The notes beneath the pieces were generated by a model. It had not been told where the DNA came from. It did not search any database and was given only the letters and a program-made list of their open reading frames with translations. Shown one piece after another: positions 35,740 through 46,671 of a stretch of 52,386 nt of DNA (its first letter is position 1; each line of letters opens with the position of its first letter). A program made the position numbers and the translations under genes. The DNA is from Octopus bimaculoides. Taxonomy: Eukaryota. The DNA is taken from NCBI RefSeq assembly GCF_001194135.2, contig NC_069004.1:5295224-5347609 (forward strand). The letters run 5' to 3'.

Positions 35740-36005
35740 CATTCAATTGGTTGAGTTGTTAGAAGATCAGACAAAATACCTTTTGGTAAATATTCCACCT
35801 CTTTACATTCTGAGTTCAAATCCTGAAGAGGAAGGCAATTTCACATTTTATTCTTCCAGGGTTAATAAAACCAAATAATAATCCAGTTGTGTGCTCTGAC
35901 ATAATTTTTGGAGTGTTGTGGTATTTGTTCTGTTTCAGCTATTCACATTCTGAGTTCAAATCCCATTGAAGTCAAACATTCCTTTTTATCCTCCCAGGGC
36001 TAATT
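35740..36005 (+). mobile_element. Two strongly decayed family B fragments
   Basis: acattctgagttcaaatcc occurs at ~35805 and ~35946. Confidence 0.65.
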
Positions 36006-36159
36006 AAGAAAAACACCTGCCCAAAAGAGCAGATTAGGACAATTGCTAACGCTGAACAGTATATTTTAATGGAGTAACGATTTTTGCCAACATAACATGG
36101 CAGTCCTGGTTTAGGACGAATGTTGCTGTAATTTAGCCCCAGGAGACATCTGTCTCCAG

Positions 36160-36276
36160 CTGGCTATATGACACGATCTGTGTCCTTATATTTTCAAACA
36201 AGGGAATCTAGCATCCCTACTCAGCTAGATCCCCTTGTTTAAAACTATAAGGACACAGATTGTGTCGTATAGCCAG
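36160..36276. repeat. Long inverted repeat: 53-bp arms (48/53 match), 11-nt loop
   Basis: Arms 36160-36212 and 36224-36276; a small extra hairpin ggagaca-tc-tgtctcc lies just upstream. Confidence 0.95.
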
Positions 36277-38057
36277 TGGTGTTGGAGGTAGTGGTGGTGG
36301 GGTTGATGGTGATACTGATGGTGAGGATGGTGGTAGTGGTTGCAGTGGTGATGGTTGAGGTGGTATTAATAATGGTGGTGGTAATGATGGTGGAGGCAAT
36401 GATGATGGTGATGGTGGTGATAAAGATGATGGAAGTGGTGGTGGTGATGATGGTGATAGTGATGATGGTGGAAGTGGTGGTGATAGGGATGGTGATAATG
36501 ATGGTGATGATGGTGAAGATAATGGTGGTGGTGTTGGTAGTAGTTATTATGATGGTGTTAATGGTAATGGTAGTAGAGGTAGTAGTAGTAGTATTGCAGA
36601 AAATTGTCAATTTCACTTTGAAAGTTAGAAACAGCTGCTTCAGGAGAAGTGTGAAAGATATTCTGTGAATGACAGCAGTGGTGGTAGTGTGTGTGTTTGT
36701 ATATGTGTGTGTGTGTGTAACAATGATGATGTTGGTGTTTGTGGTAGTGATGTTGAAGATGATGATGTTGTGACTTGCAGTTGTGGTGATGATGATGATG
36801 GTGTTCACACTGGATTTAATTGGACGTTTCTAGAACTTGAGGTGAGAATTGGGGGTGGGTGTGAATGATAGGTGTATATGGGTGTGCACTTCATGTGTGC
36901 ATGTGTATGTTTGTGTTTCAGATGTTGTATGTATGTCTGGAGGTTGTTTGTTTGTGTGTGTGTGTGTGGAGATTGTGCATATGTGTGTGTTTCAAGTGTA
37001 TGTATGTGTGTGTTTGTGTATTTTGAGTGTTGTATGTGTTTGTGTGTTGTGTGTGTTTGTGCAGGTTGTGCATATGTATGTGTGAGTATGTATATTTCAA
37101 GTATAGTATCTGTTAGTGTGCATATATGTAAGGGTGTATGTGTTGCATGTTTGTGTTTGTGTGTGTATTTTGAGTGTTGTATGTGCATTTCAAACACACA
37201 CACATACAACAGTGAGTGTATTTCAGATGTATATATGAGTGTATGTAGGTTTGTGTGTTTATGTCTGTGTGCATGTTGTGTGTGTGTGTGTATATATATT
37301 TAGTGTTGTACGAGTGTGTATAGGCTGTGTGTGTGTGTACGTGCATATTTGTAAAAGGTGTGCATATGTGCAACATTAGCAGTGTGTTGATGACAGAAAG
37401 AAGTGGGTGGAGGTGGGGGAAGTAATAAATGTGCAGTGAGTGGGAGGAGGAGGTGGAGTATTTTGATGATAAAGGTGATGATGATGATGATGATGACTGC
37501 AATAATGAAGACATTTCTGATGTTTGTCAGTTACGACTGTGATGATGATGATGATGATGGTGGTGGTGGCATTTGCATTCATGATGTTTATGATGATGAT
37601 TGTTAGTTACAGGTGTGATGATGATGATGATAATAGTGATGATGAAGTTTGTCAGTCATTGCTTTGATGATGATGGTGATTGCTTGATAAGGACGGCGTT
37701 TGCCAGTTACAACTGTGATGGTGATGATGATGATGATGATGATGACTCATGATTTCTATGGCGATATTTTACGTGGTGGTGGTGGTGGTGGTGGTGGTGA
37801 TGGTGAATGTGTTAGATTTGATGATGATAATGATGGTGATGGTGTTACAGCTGCTGCTGCTGCTGATGGTGTGATAATCGCCATGGCAATGATGATGAAT
37901 GACAAGGCAATACTTACGATGATGATGATGATGGTGATAGTTTTGATGATGATGTTGATGCTGCTGATGACTATGGTAAAGATGAAGGTTTTCATGGTGG
38001 CTATAGGGATCATGGCTACAACTGTCTTGGAATACTGTGATGATAATGATAACAATG

Positions 38058-38262
38058 ATTTAAAATTTTGGCACAAGGCCTGCAATTTCGAGGGAGGAGA
38101 TGAGTTGCATACATCAACCCCAGTATTCAGCTGGTACTTATTTATTGACCCCGAAAGGATGAAAGGCAAAGTTGAGCTCAGCGGCATTTGAACTCACAAT
38201 GAAGCTACAAGTGAAATACTGCTAAATATTTCATCCGGTGTGCTAACGATTCTGCCCATTCA
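38058..38262 (-). mobile_element. Family B SINE
   Basis: ggcacaaggcctgcaatttc...gaccccgaaaggatgaaaggcaaag...atttgaactc...gctaacgattctgcc, followed by (TAA)n. Confidence 0.88.
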
Positions 38263-38267
38263 CCACC

Positions 38268-38307
<40 letters not shown>

Positions 38308-38311
<4 letters not shown>

Positions 38312-38632
38312 GAGCACTCAGAGATCTCTAATGTCCTCTCAACAATTAGCTGGAGATGATTTTTTAAATGAGAATATCTGAAATAAACTCAACTGCTCTC
38401 ACAAACGAGAATACTAAAAATGAACCCGACCGCTCTCAAAACTTAACTAAAAAAAAACCAGAAAAAGTAATCCAGAATCCTTGTCTGGTACCGGATCGAT
38501 CCCAAAATCTAATCAGTTCGTGCCAGTCATGAGACCAAACATGCCTGAAAGTTTCATCGGAATCCATCCAGCGGTTCTTGAGATATCTTGTCCATGGACA
38601 AACAAACAAACAAACAACTGAATACAATACCT
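38308..38632 (+). mobile_element. Helentron/DINE-like (HINE) element lacking its terminal hairpin
   Basis: Start cgagcactcagag is shared with the reverse complement of 47835-47940; the 3' part with (CAAA)n microsatellite and caatacct is shared with 20133-20224. Confidence 0.65.
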
Positions 38633-39439
38633 ACTGATATTGCTGCAGAGCGTCAACTTCTCGTTAACAGTTAGAAGCAGGTGTTTCTGGAGAGGTGTGA
38701 AGATATTTTGTGGAATTGTGTGTGTGTGTGTAGCAATGATTGTGTTGGTGTTTGTAGTGGTGCTGCTTATGAAGGCGGTGGTGATGATGATAGCAAAAGT
38801 TGGTTAGAGATGGGGGTTGGCAGTGAATGTGATTAAACAAGGATCAGGTTTCTAGCTGCAGAATAGAGACATGGTTACCTTTGCATTATTTAAGGGTGGC
38901 TGGTAGAATAAATGGGGTGGAACTGTAAAGAGACATTAATATGACTGCAATGAGGTGTCAGAGCATGCCCACAAATTACAAATTGATGGATAAAAAAAGA
39001 GTGTGAGGGAAGGATGTTGGAAAGGGTGGGTGAATAGTGTTTGCAAGAATATGCGTGGAAGGGAGGGAGCTGGTTAGAGACTAGGGTAAGGGTGGATGTA
39101 ATGAATGTAAACTAGGAATGTCGGCTTCTTTCTCTGATGTGGATGGAATTCCATAAAGTGAAATATATTTTCTGATGATTTATGGGATTTTATGGAAGTC
39201 AGCGAACATGGAATGGAAGTGAATGGAGGATATGTTCCATGCTACATAATTTCGTCATAATGCATTTTTTCAGGAATGCAATGCTTATATATTATGGGAG
39301 ATGCCTTATATTTATATCTGTGTGTATATATATATATATGTGAGTGTGTATATATAACTGTGTGTGACTGTATGTGCATATAAATATGTATGTATGTGTA
39401 TGTGCATATAAATGTGTATATATACATGTATATATATAT

Positions 39440-39647
39440 GTGCGGGTGACACGTAACGTGCGGGTGACACGTAAAAGCACCCACTACACTCTCTGAGTAG
39501 TTGGCGTTAGGAAGGGCATCCAGCTGTAGAAACTCTGCCAAATCAGACTGGAGCCTGGTGTTGCCATCCGGTTTCACCAGTCCTCAGTCAAATCGTCCAA
39601 CCCATGCTAGCATGGAAAGCGGACGTTAAACGATGATGATGATGATA
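39440..39647 (+). mobile_element. Young 5'-truncated family C copy with an 18-nt 5' tandem duplication
   Basis: 174/175 identical to 48818-48992; begins gtgcgggtgacacgtaac gtgcgggtgacacgtaaa. Confidence 0.92.
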
Positions 39648-39657
39648 TGTATTCATG

Positions 39658-39688
<31 letters not shown>

Positions 39689-41480
39689 TAGTATATATGG
39701 TTTNNNNNNNNNNNNNNNNNNNNNNNNNNNNNNNNNNNNNNNNNNNNNNNNNNNNNNNNNNNNNNNNNNNNNNNNNNNNNNNNNNNNNNNNNNNNNNNNN
39801 NNNNNNNNNNNNNNNNNNNNNNNNNNNNNNNNNNNNNNNNNNNNNNNNNNNNNNNNNNNNNNNNNNNNNNNNNNNNNNNNNNNNNNNNNNNNNNNNNNNN
39901 NNNNNNNNNNNNNNNNNNNNNNNNNNNNNNNNNNNNNNNNNNNNNNNNNNNNNNNNNNNNNNNNNNNNNNNNNNNNNNNNNNNNNNNNNNNNNNNNNNNN
40001 NNNNNNNNNNNNNNNNNNNNNNNNNNNNNNNNNNNNNNNNNNNNNNNNNNNNNNNNNNNNNNNNNNNNNNNNNNNNNNNNNNNNNNNNNNNNNNNNNNNN
40101 NNNNNNNNNNNNNNNNNNNNNNNNNNNNNNNNNNNNNNNNNNNNNNNNNNNNNNNNNNNNNNNNNNNNNNNNNNNNNNNNNNNNNNNNNNNNNNNNNNNN
40201 NNNNNNNNNNNNNNNNNNNNNNNNNNNNNNNNNNNNNNNNNNNNNNNNNNNNNNNNNNNNNNNNNNNNNNNNNNNNNNNNNNNNNNNNNNNNNNNNNNNA
40301 AAAAAAAATGAAAAATAGGAAAAAAAAATAAAACATCAAAAACAAGCAACAAAATAGATTCAGTGTATTGGGTACAGTTTCTTTATTATTGATGGGAGGT
40401 GGTCGTGGCAATAGTAGTAGTGGTGGTGGTAATGATGGGAGGGTGGTGGTGGGGTTGGGTGGTTGTCGTGACAGTAGTGGTGGTGGTGATAATGATGGAA
40501 GGGTGAATGTAGTGGCGGTGGTAGTTACGGTGGAAGTGGTGGTGGTGGTGGTGGCAGTAACAGTGATGGTAGTAACAGTGATGGTAGTAGCAGCAATGGT
40601 GATTGTGGTGGTGGTGGTGGTAGTTGTGACGGTGGTAGTGGCAGTGGTGATTGTGATGGTGGTAGTAGTAGTGGCGGTAACAGTGGTAGTTGCGGCAATG
40701 GTGGCAGTGAAAGGGATTGTAGCTGGGTAATGGTGGTGATGGTAGTAGCAATAATGGTGGTAGTAGTAGTAGTAGTAGTAGTAACAGTAATGGTTACAGT
40801 AGTGGTCATAGTAGTAGTAATGGTAGTGGTGGTAGTTCTGGTGGTTGTAATTTTAGTGACAAGAATAGTAATGGTTGTAGTGGTGGTGATGGTGGTGGTT
40901 GTAGTAGTAGAACTGATGGTAGTAGTGGTGGCAGTTATAATAATGGTGGTGGTAGTAATTTTGGTAAGGATGTTGATTGTTTGGGAGGTAGTAGTAGTGG
41001 TGGTGGTAGTGATAATGGTAGAGCTGGTTGTGGTGGTGGTGGTGGTGGTGGTAGTAATTTTGATAAGGGTGTTGATTGCTTGGGAAGTAGTAGTGGTGGT
41101 GGTAGTAGTAGTTATAACGGTGGTGGTGGTGGTGGTAGTTTTTTGGTAGGGATGTTAAATTTTCAGTAGGTAGAGGTGGTGGTGGTGGTAGCAGTTATAA
41201 TGGTACTGGTGGTAGAAGAAGTAGTGGTGATAGTTATGGTGGTAGTGGTGGTGGTGGTGGTTGTGTTGGTAAAGACATGATTACTGTTGTGTGAATACGT
41301 GCTACATTGTTCTATTAAGAGGATGTGATTTCAAATTTACTGCCAGGCATGTGCAGTGCATTTTATTGCACATGACCTAGATGTTGTCATTCTTTTTAGC
41401 CCTGGGTCATCTCTAACCCAGAACATCTATGATCAAAGACATTCTGTACGTGAACATCTCATCACTTTCCTTCATTTTTT

Positions 41481-41514
<34 letters not shown>

Positions 41515-41964
41515 NNNNNNNNNNNNNNNNNNNNNNNNNNNNNNNNNNNNNNNNNNNNNNNNNNNNNNNNNNNNNNNNNNNNNNNNNNNNNNNNNNNNNN
41601 NNNNNNNNNNNNNNNNNNNNNNNNNNNNNNNNNNNNNNNNNNNNNNNNNNNNNNNNNNNNNNNNNNNNNNNNNNNNNNNNNNNNNNNNNNNNNNNNNNNN
41701 NNNNNNNNNNNNNNNNNNNNNNNNNNNNNNNNNNNNNNNNNNNNNNNNNNNNNNNNNNNNNNNNNNNNNNNNNNNNNNNNNNNNNNNNNNNNNNNNNNNN
41801 NNNNNNNNNNNNNNNNNNNNNNNNNNNNNNNNNNNNNNNNNNNNNNNNNNNNNNNNNNNNNNNNNNNNNNNNNNNNNNNNNNNNNNNNNNNNNNNNNNNN
41901 NNNNNNNNNNNNNNNNNNNNNNNNNNNNNNNNNNNNNNNNNNNNNNNNNNNNTATATACATATA

Positions 41965-42127
41965 TACGATGGGCTTCTTTCAGTTTCTGTCTACCAAATC
42001 CACTCACAAGGCTTTGATTGGCCCGAGGCTATAATAGAAGACACTTGCCCAAGGTGCCACACAGTGGGACTGAACCCAGAACCATGTGGCTGGTAAGCAA
42101 GCTACTTACCACACAGCCACTCCTACG

Positions 42128-42130
<3 letters not shown>
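41965..42130 (-). mobile_element. Family A SINE 5' module
   Basis: Reverse complement aggagtggctgtgtggtaagtagcttgcttaccagccacatggttctgggttcagtcccactgtgtggcaccttgggcaagtg. Confidence 0.92.
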
Positions 42131-42171
<41 letters not shown>

Positions 42172-42257
42172 TATACATATCGTTTGTAGAAAATGTAAAT
42201 CCGGAGAAGAAGCATGCTCTGAGATGTAGAGCAGTGTACATTTTAATGGGGGAAGCT

Positions 42258-42331
42258 GGTTTATGACATTACCCTGGGTTTTCCGTCCATGAAGGGTTTA
42301 GCTTTATGGCATATCGTCAGGTCCCAAAACC
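42258..42331 (-). ncRNA. Degenerate type I hammerhead-like motif
   Basis: Minus RNA: GGUUUUGGGAC CUGACGA uaugCCAU...AUGGacg GAAAA CCC-A-GGG UA au GUCAUAAACC. Intact CUGACGA, near-palindromic stem III and ~9-bp stem I, but one extra A in the core and a 2-nt insertion after the cleavage site. Confidence 0.4.
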
Positions 42332-42344
42332 TGTTGGCCTAAGA

Positions 42345-42443
42345 CCTCTTCAAAATATGGAGAGAGGAAAGCCTCACTACGAAGATAAATAATCGGGGAT
42401 TACCTTTGTAGCGAGGCTTTTCCCCCTCCATATTTCGAAGAGG
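42345..42443. repeat. Long inverted repeat: 40-bp arms (34/40; all six differences are transitions), 19-nt loop
   Basis: Arms 42345-42384 and 42404-42443. Confidence 0.95.
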
Positions 42444-42718
42444 CCTTTGTGTTGTTTCATTTTTGTTTGACTCTACAATAGTTAGTCCTTCATCTCTATA
42501 AAGCCCTCTACTTTTATTTGTAACCAGTTGCTGTCTTCTGCTCTGTCACAATCAGGTCACCAGCTTCATTGAAAAGTTGAGTGACGATACCCTTATAACA
42601 GAGCTTTGTGTGTACACTATTCAATGGCTTCTACATTCCATCTCATTATAAAACAAAACTCTGGAAATTCCCTCTTTCTCTCTCTCTCTCTCTCTCTCAA
42701 TAGAAAAAGCAGTCAGCT

Positions 42719-42942
42719 TAAAAAGAATAAGTCTCAAATTGTTCGAGGTGGTGTCACAGCATGGCCGCAGTCAAATAATATATGTGGTTGTGTGGTAAGA
42801 AGCTTGCTTCTCAACCACATTGTTCTGGGTTCAGTTCCCACTGTGTGGCACCTTGGGCAAGTGTTTTCTACTATAGTCTTGGGCTGACCAAAACTTTGTG
42901 AGTGGATTTGGTAGGTAGAAACTGAAAGAAGCCTGTCGTATA
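42719..42942 (+). mobile_element. Family A tail fragment (42719-42777) followed by a family A 5' module (42783-42942)
   Basis: cagcatggccgcagtcaaat; tgtggttgtgtggtaagaagcttgcttctcaaccac...gaaactgaaagaagcctgtcgta(ta)n. Confidence 0.9.
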
Positions 42943-44607
42943 TATATATATATATATATATACATATACACATGCAAAAAGAAAAATTGCGTTATGATAG
43001 TCATGTTGTCTGGGTATTAAACACACTATTTTCTGTTTTTTAGCTTTTGTTTTTATATCTGTTCTTTCTTTTTTTTTCCCGGATTTGTTTATAATTAAAA
43101 ATATCCCAAATATCATTCCTTGAAAAAAAAATTTATTTAAAAAAAAAAAATNNNNNNNNNNAAAAAAAATTTATTTAAAAAAAAAAATTTTTTTCGCAGA
43201 AAATTGAAATTTCTATCTTTTCTTTAAATTGGCAGAATTTTTTTTTTCTGTTTTTTTCTTTAATTCTTTATTTCTTTTTTTACTCTTAAGTTTGTTTTCC
43301 ATTTTTATTTTTATTTTTTTGTTGTGCTTTATAAATTCTTAGATTTTCTTATATTTCCTCTGAGATTGGCAACATCCAATTGACAACCCTCCCTACCTTA
43401 CCCCACCCCCACTCCACGTTCCTCCTCCTCTTCTGCCTCTTCATCCTCTTCGGTCTCCTCGTCATTCCCTAACCTCCTCCTCCTCTGTTGACGTTTCTCC
43501 GTTTTTTTTTTTCCCAATTCCATCAACACTAGCTTTGCTCTCATAGAGTAGTAGTAGTAGTAGCAGCATTAGTAGTAGTAGTGGTGGTGGTGGTGGTGGG
43601 TGTAGTGAAATTGGTGATGATAGTGGTGGGAGTTGATATTTATAGTAGTAGTTGTAGCAGCAGTAGTAAAAGTGATGAGTATAGGAGATAGTGGTAGTGG
43701 TAGTAGTAGCAGCAGTAATAATGGAAGTGGTGGTGGTGGTGGTGGTAGTAGTAGTAGTAGCAGCAGCTATGATGGAGATTGTAGTAGTGGTGGTAGTTGT
43801 AGCATTGGTAACAGTAGTGCTGGTTGGTGGTGAAGATAGCACAGTATAATGGTCATGGTTGGTGCCGCTAGTAGTAGTAGTAGTAGTTGTAATAACAGCG
43901 TGGTTGTAGTTGTGATAAATGTGGTAGTAGCAGCAGTAGAAAATATGTTAGTGATGGTGGTGGTATTGATGATGATGATGATGATGATGAAAACAGCAGG
44001 GTGGGTTAGAGTGAGGCACAGTGATTAGCAATGTAATTTCAAATTAATGAAGAACAATTTATACATAAATATCGCAACAGGACACATACAAATGCACACA
44101 GTCGCACATGCAAGCACAGTACTGCATACACCGAGATATGCGAGTGCATGTGCATGTTCATGCACATTCACATATTCACATTCACACATACATATTGACA
44201 CATGCATTCACACAGAGACGCTTTTAGACGTATGCATTTATGCAAGCACGCAGTCTTGCATGCACATATATACATATTCCTGCAAACATGCAGTCTTGTA
44301 TACATACACACACACACGCACATGCACATTTGCACAAACATGCAGTCATGTACACATACACATTTGCACAAACTCACATTTGCACGAACACACACACTTT
44401 CATGCGAGCATGCTGTCTTGTACGTATGCGAATACACATGCATGCACACTTTACGGTATGTACTGGATACTTTTAGGTGGCACTGATTCAGGTGCTTTTT
44501 ACCTGGCACCAACACCCATGAGACTGCATAAAAAAGCAAAGAAAAAGCCTCCATCTCTTTTACTATAGTGGCTGTAATAGAGAGAGAGGTGGGCATTGCA
44601 CCAGATA

Positions 44608-44868
44608 AGGGTAAAGGTTGAGTTACCTTCTGGGGTCATACTGCCTCATGAGGGCTGATTTCCCAGTTTCCATGGAGTATAAATTCTCTGCCTGGACGGG
44701 GGACACTAGTCTGTCAAAGGGTTACTTATCTTTGCCAGCTGAGGGGACTGGAGCAACGTGAAAATGAAGTGTTTTGCTCAAGAACACAACGCATTGCCCG
44801 GTCCAGGAATCGAAACCACAATCTTACAATCAGGAGTCCAACACCCTAAACACTAAGCCACGTGCCTC
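44608..44868 (-). mobile_element. tRNA-derived SINE, G-type head with a third tail type
   Basis: Minus: gaggcacgtggcttagtgtttagggtgttgg...ggtttcgattcc...gttcttgagcaaaacactt...ttgctccagtcccctcagctggc. Confidence 0.82.
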
Positions 44869-45236
44869 TACTTCCAAGATTGAAGCAGTAATTATTTACA
44901 TTTTTTTGTTGCCCTCATCCCCACCCCCCGGTTACCTAAGTTCTTATGTCTAGTATCCACCTAAGGGGTGGGTGAGGTGCCACAACTAAACTAACTTAAT
45001 ATGGATGATAATTTATAAATTTTACTGTAAAAATGGATTGTATCAGCTCTTAGCTGTGAACTGACAAAAAATTCATTAAGACAAATGTAAATTTACTTCA
45101 TTACATTGCTAATTAATATTTTTCCTTCTCCCTAATGAGATCTCATTTTATTTTAATAACCATCACTAGTTTTGTCATGTGTAATATAATTAATACTATT
45201 GGTAAAATTTAGTATGTTAATTGTAGTACCTCACTG

Positions 45237-45453
45237 GCAGGAAGCTGGCAAAATCGTTAGCACACCAGGTGAAATGTTTAATGGTATTTCATCTGTTTTT
45301 ATGTTCTGAGTTCAAATTCCACCGAGGTCGACTTTGTCTTTCATCCTTTCGGGGTCGATAAATTAAGTACCAGTTGTGTACTGAGGTTGATCTAATCGAG
45401 TGGCCCCACTCTCCCAAAATTTCAGGCCTTGTGCCTAGAATAGAAAAGAATTA
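45237..45453 (+). mobile_element. Full family B SINE with 13-bp TSD
   Basis: tagtacctcactg (45224-45236) / tagtacctcattg (45454-45466). Confidence 0.92.
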
Positions 45454-45809
45454 TAGTACCTCATTGCCTCCGAAAGCCTAATTCCCCCTTTGACATGCCC
45501 AGTGCCTCTTTACAGGTGGTACTGCCCATATTGAGAAGCTCTGGGTTAGGGTTATGCTAGAGGTACAGGAAACGAGTATTGTACTACTTTAAAGATTAAT
45601 GGCCAACCCTTGCTTTATATAAGAAGTGATGGGCATGGTGGGAGAGAGAGATAAAGATGGTCATAATGAGATATGGCTCACGTGTGTGAGTGTATCAGGC
45701 ACATGCCTTTAGTAAACAATCAAGGTAGGCAATTGAATTTAATGTCAACAAAAGCCTTATCGCCATGGTGCTACATGTAAAGATATTTCAACAGCTAAAC
45801 AAATATATA

Positions 45810-45841
<32 letters not shown>

Positions 45842-46043
45842 TGCATGTACACTGCATGTCTTGTGTATAATATCCAGAACTTTTGATCTATTTGTGCTTA
45901 GATCTTCTGCTTCTACAGCATATATATATATAGGAAACAAAATCAGGTAGAGCGATACATTTATACACAGTAGTGTTTGACTTGTTTCATTGTGCAGGTC
46001 AACAGCCAACACACTTTGTGTGTATATATATCATATATTTGTA

Positions 46044-46494
46044 GAAAAGGGCGGATGTTGTCTCACAAGCAGTTATGCAGGGAAAAGTGTTACTAAATGT
46101 GGTCAGATTGACCAGAAAATCTGCACACCTATGTTAAAACTGCTGGAAGTTTGCATGGCAATATTGAGTTTGCTCAGTTGAAAGGTTTGCGCTCAAGGGC
46201 AAAATTCTTCATCTTTAAATGTGGCCCAAGTAGACCCAAATGAAATCTGGTTATAATCTACTATATCATCATCATTATCATTATCATTTAACGTCCGCTT
46301 TCCATGCTAGCATGGGTTGGACGATTTGACTGGGGACTGGCGAACCAGATAGCTACACCAGACTCCAATCTGATCTGGCAGGGTTTCTACAGCTGGATGC
46401 CCTTCCTGAAAAGGGTGGACGTTGTATCACAAGCAGTTGTGCTGGCAAAAATGTTACTAAATGTGGTTGGATTGACCTGGAGATTTGTACACCT
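46044..46494 (+). repeat. 87-nt ungapped local duplication (46044-46130 and 46408-46494; 73/87 identical)
   Basis: gaaaagggcggatgttgtctcacaagcag... vs gaaaagggtggacgttgtatcacaagcag... Confidence 0.92.
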
Positions 46495-46645
46495 CAGAGT
46501 GGTTGGCATTAGGAAGGGCATCCAGCCGTAGAAAACCATGCCAAATCAGACTGGAGTCTGGTGCAGCCTTTCAGTGTGCCAGCCCAGTCTAACCATCCAA
46601 CCCATGCCAGCATGGACAATGGACGTTAAATGATGATGATGATGA
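46263..46645. mobile_element. Inverted pair of family C 3' halves (46263-46407 -; 46496-46645 +)
   Basis: (cat)n...gctggatgcccttcct and ...aggaagggcatccagc...(gat)n. Confidence 0.9.
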
Positions 46646-46671
46646 CACACACGAACACACATGTAAATATA

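Noticed and set aside
42569-42660. Open frame VTSFIEKLSDDTLITELCVYTIQWLLHSISL after an acceptor-like site
   Set aside because: No convincing donor and no recognised homology.
43124-43190. Direct repeat aaaaaaaatttatttaaaaaaaaaaa on both sides of a 10-N gap
   Set aside because: Most likely an unmerged contig overlap (assembly artefact).
45505-45560. Exon-like segment tttacag|...gag|gtacag
   Set aside because: It overlaps ttgagaagctctg, which resembles a hAT MITE right end; more likely repeat debris.
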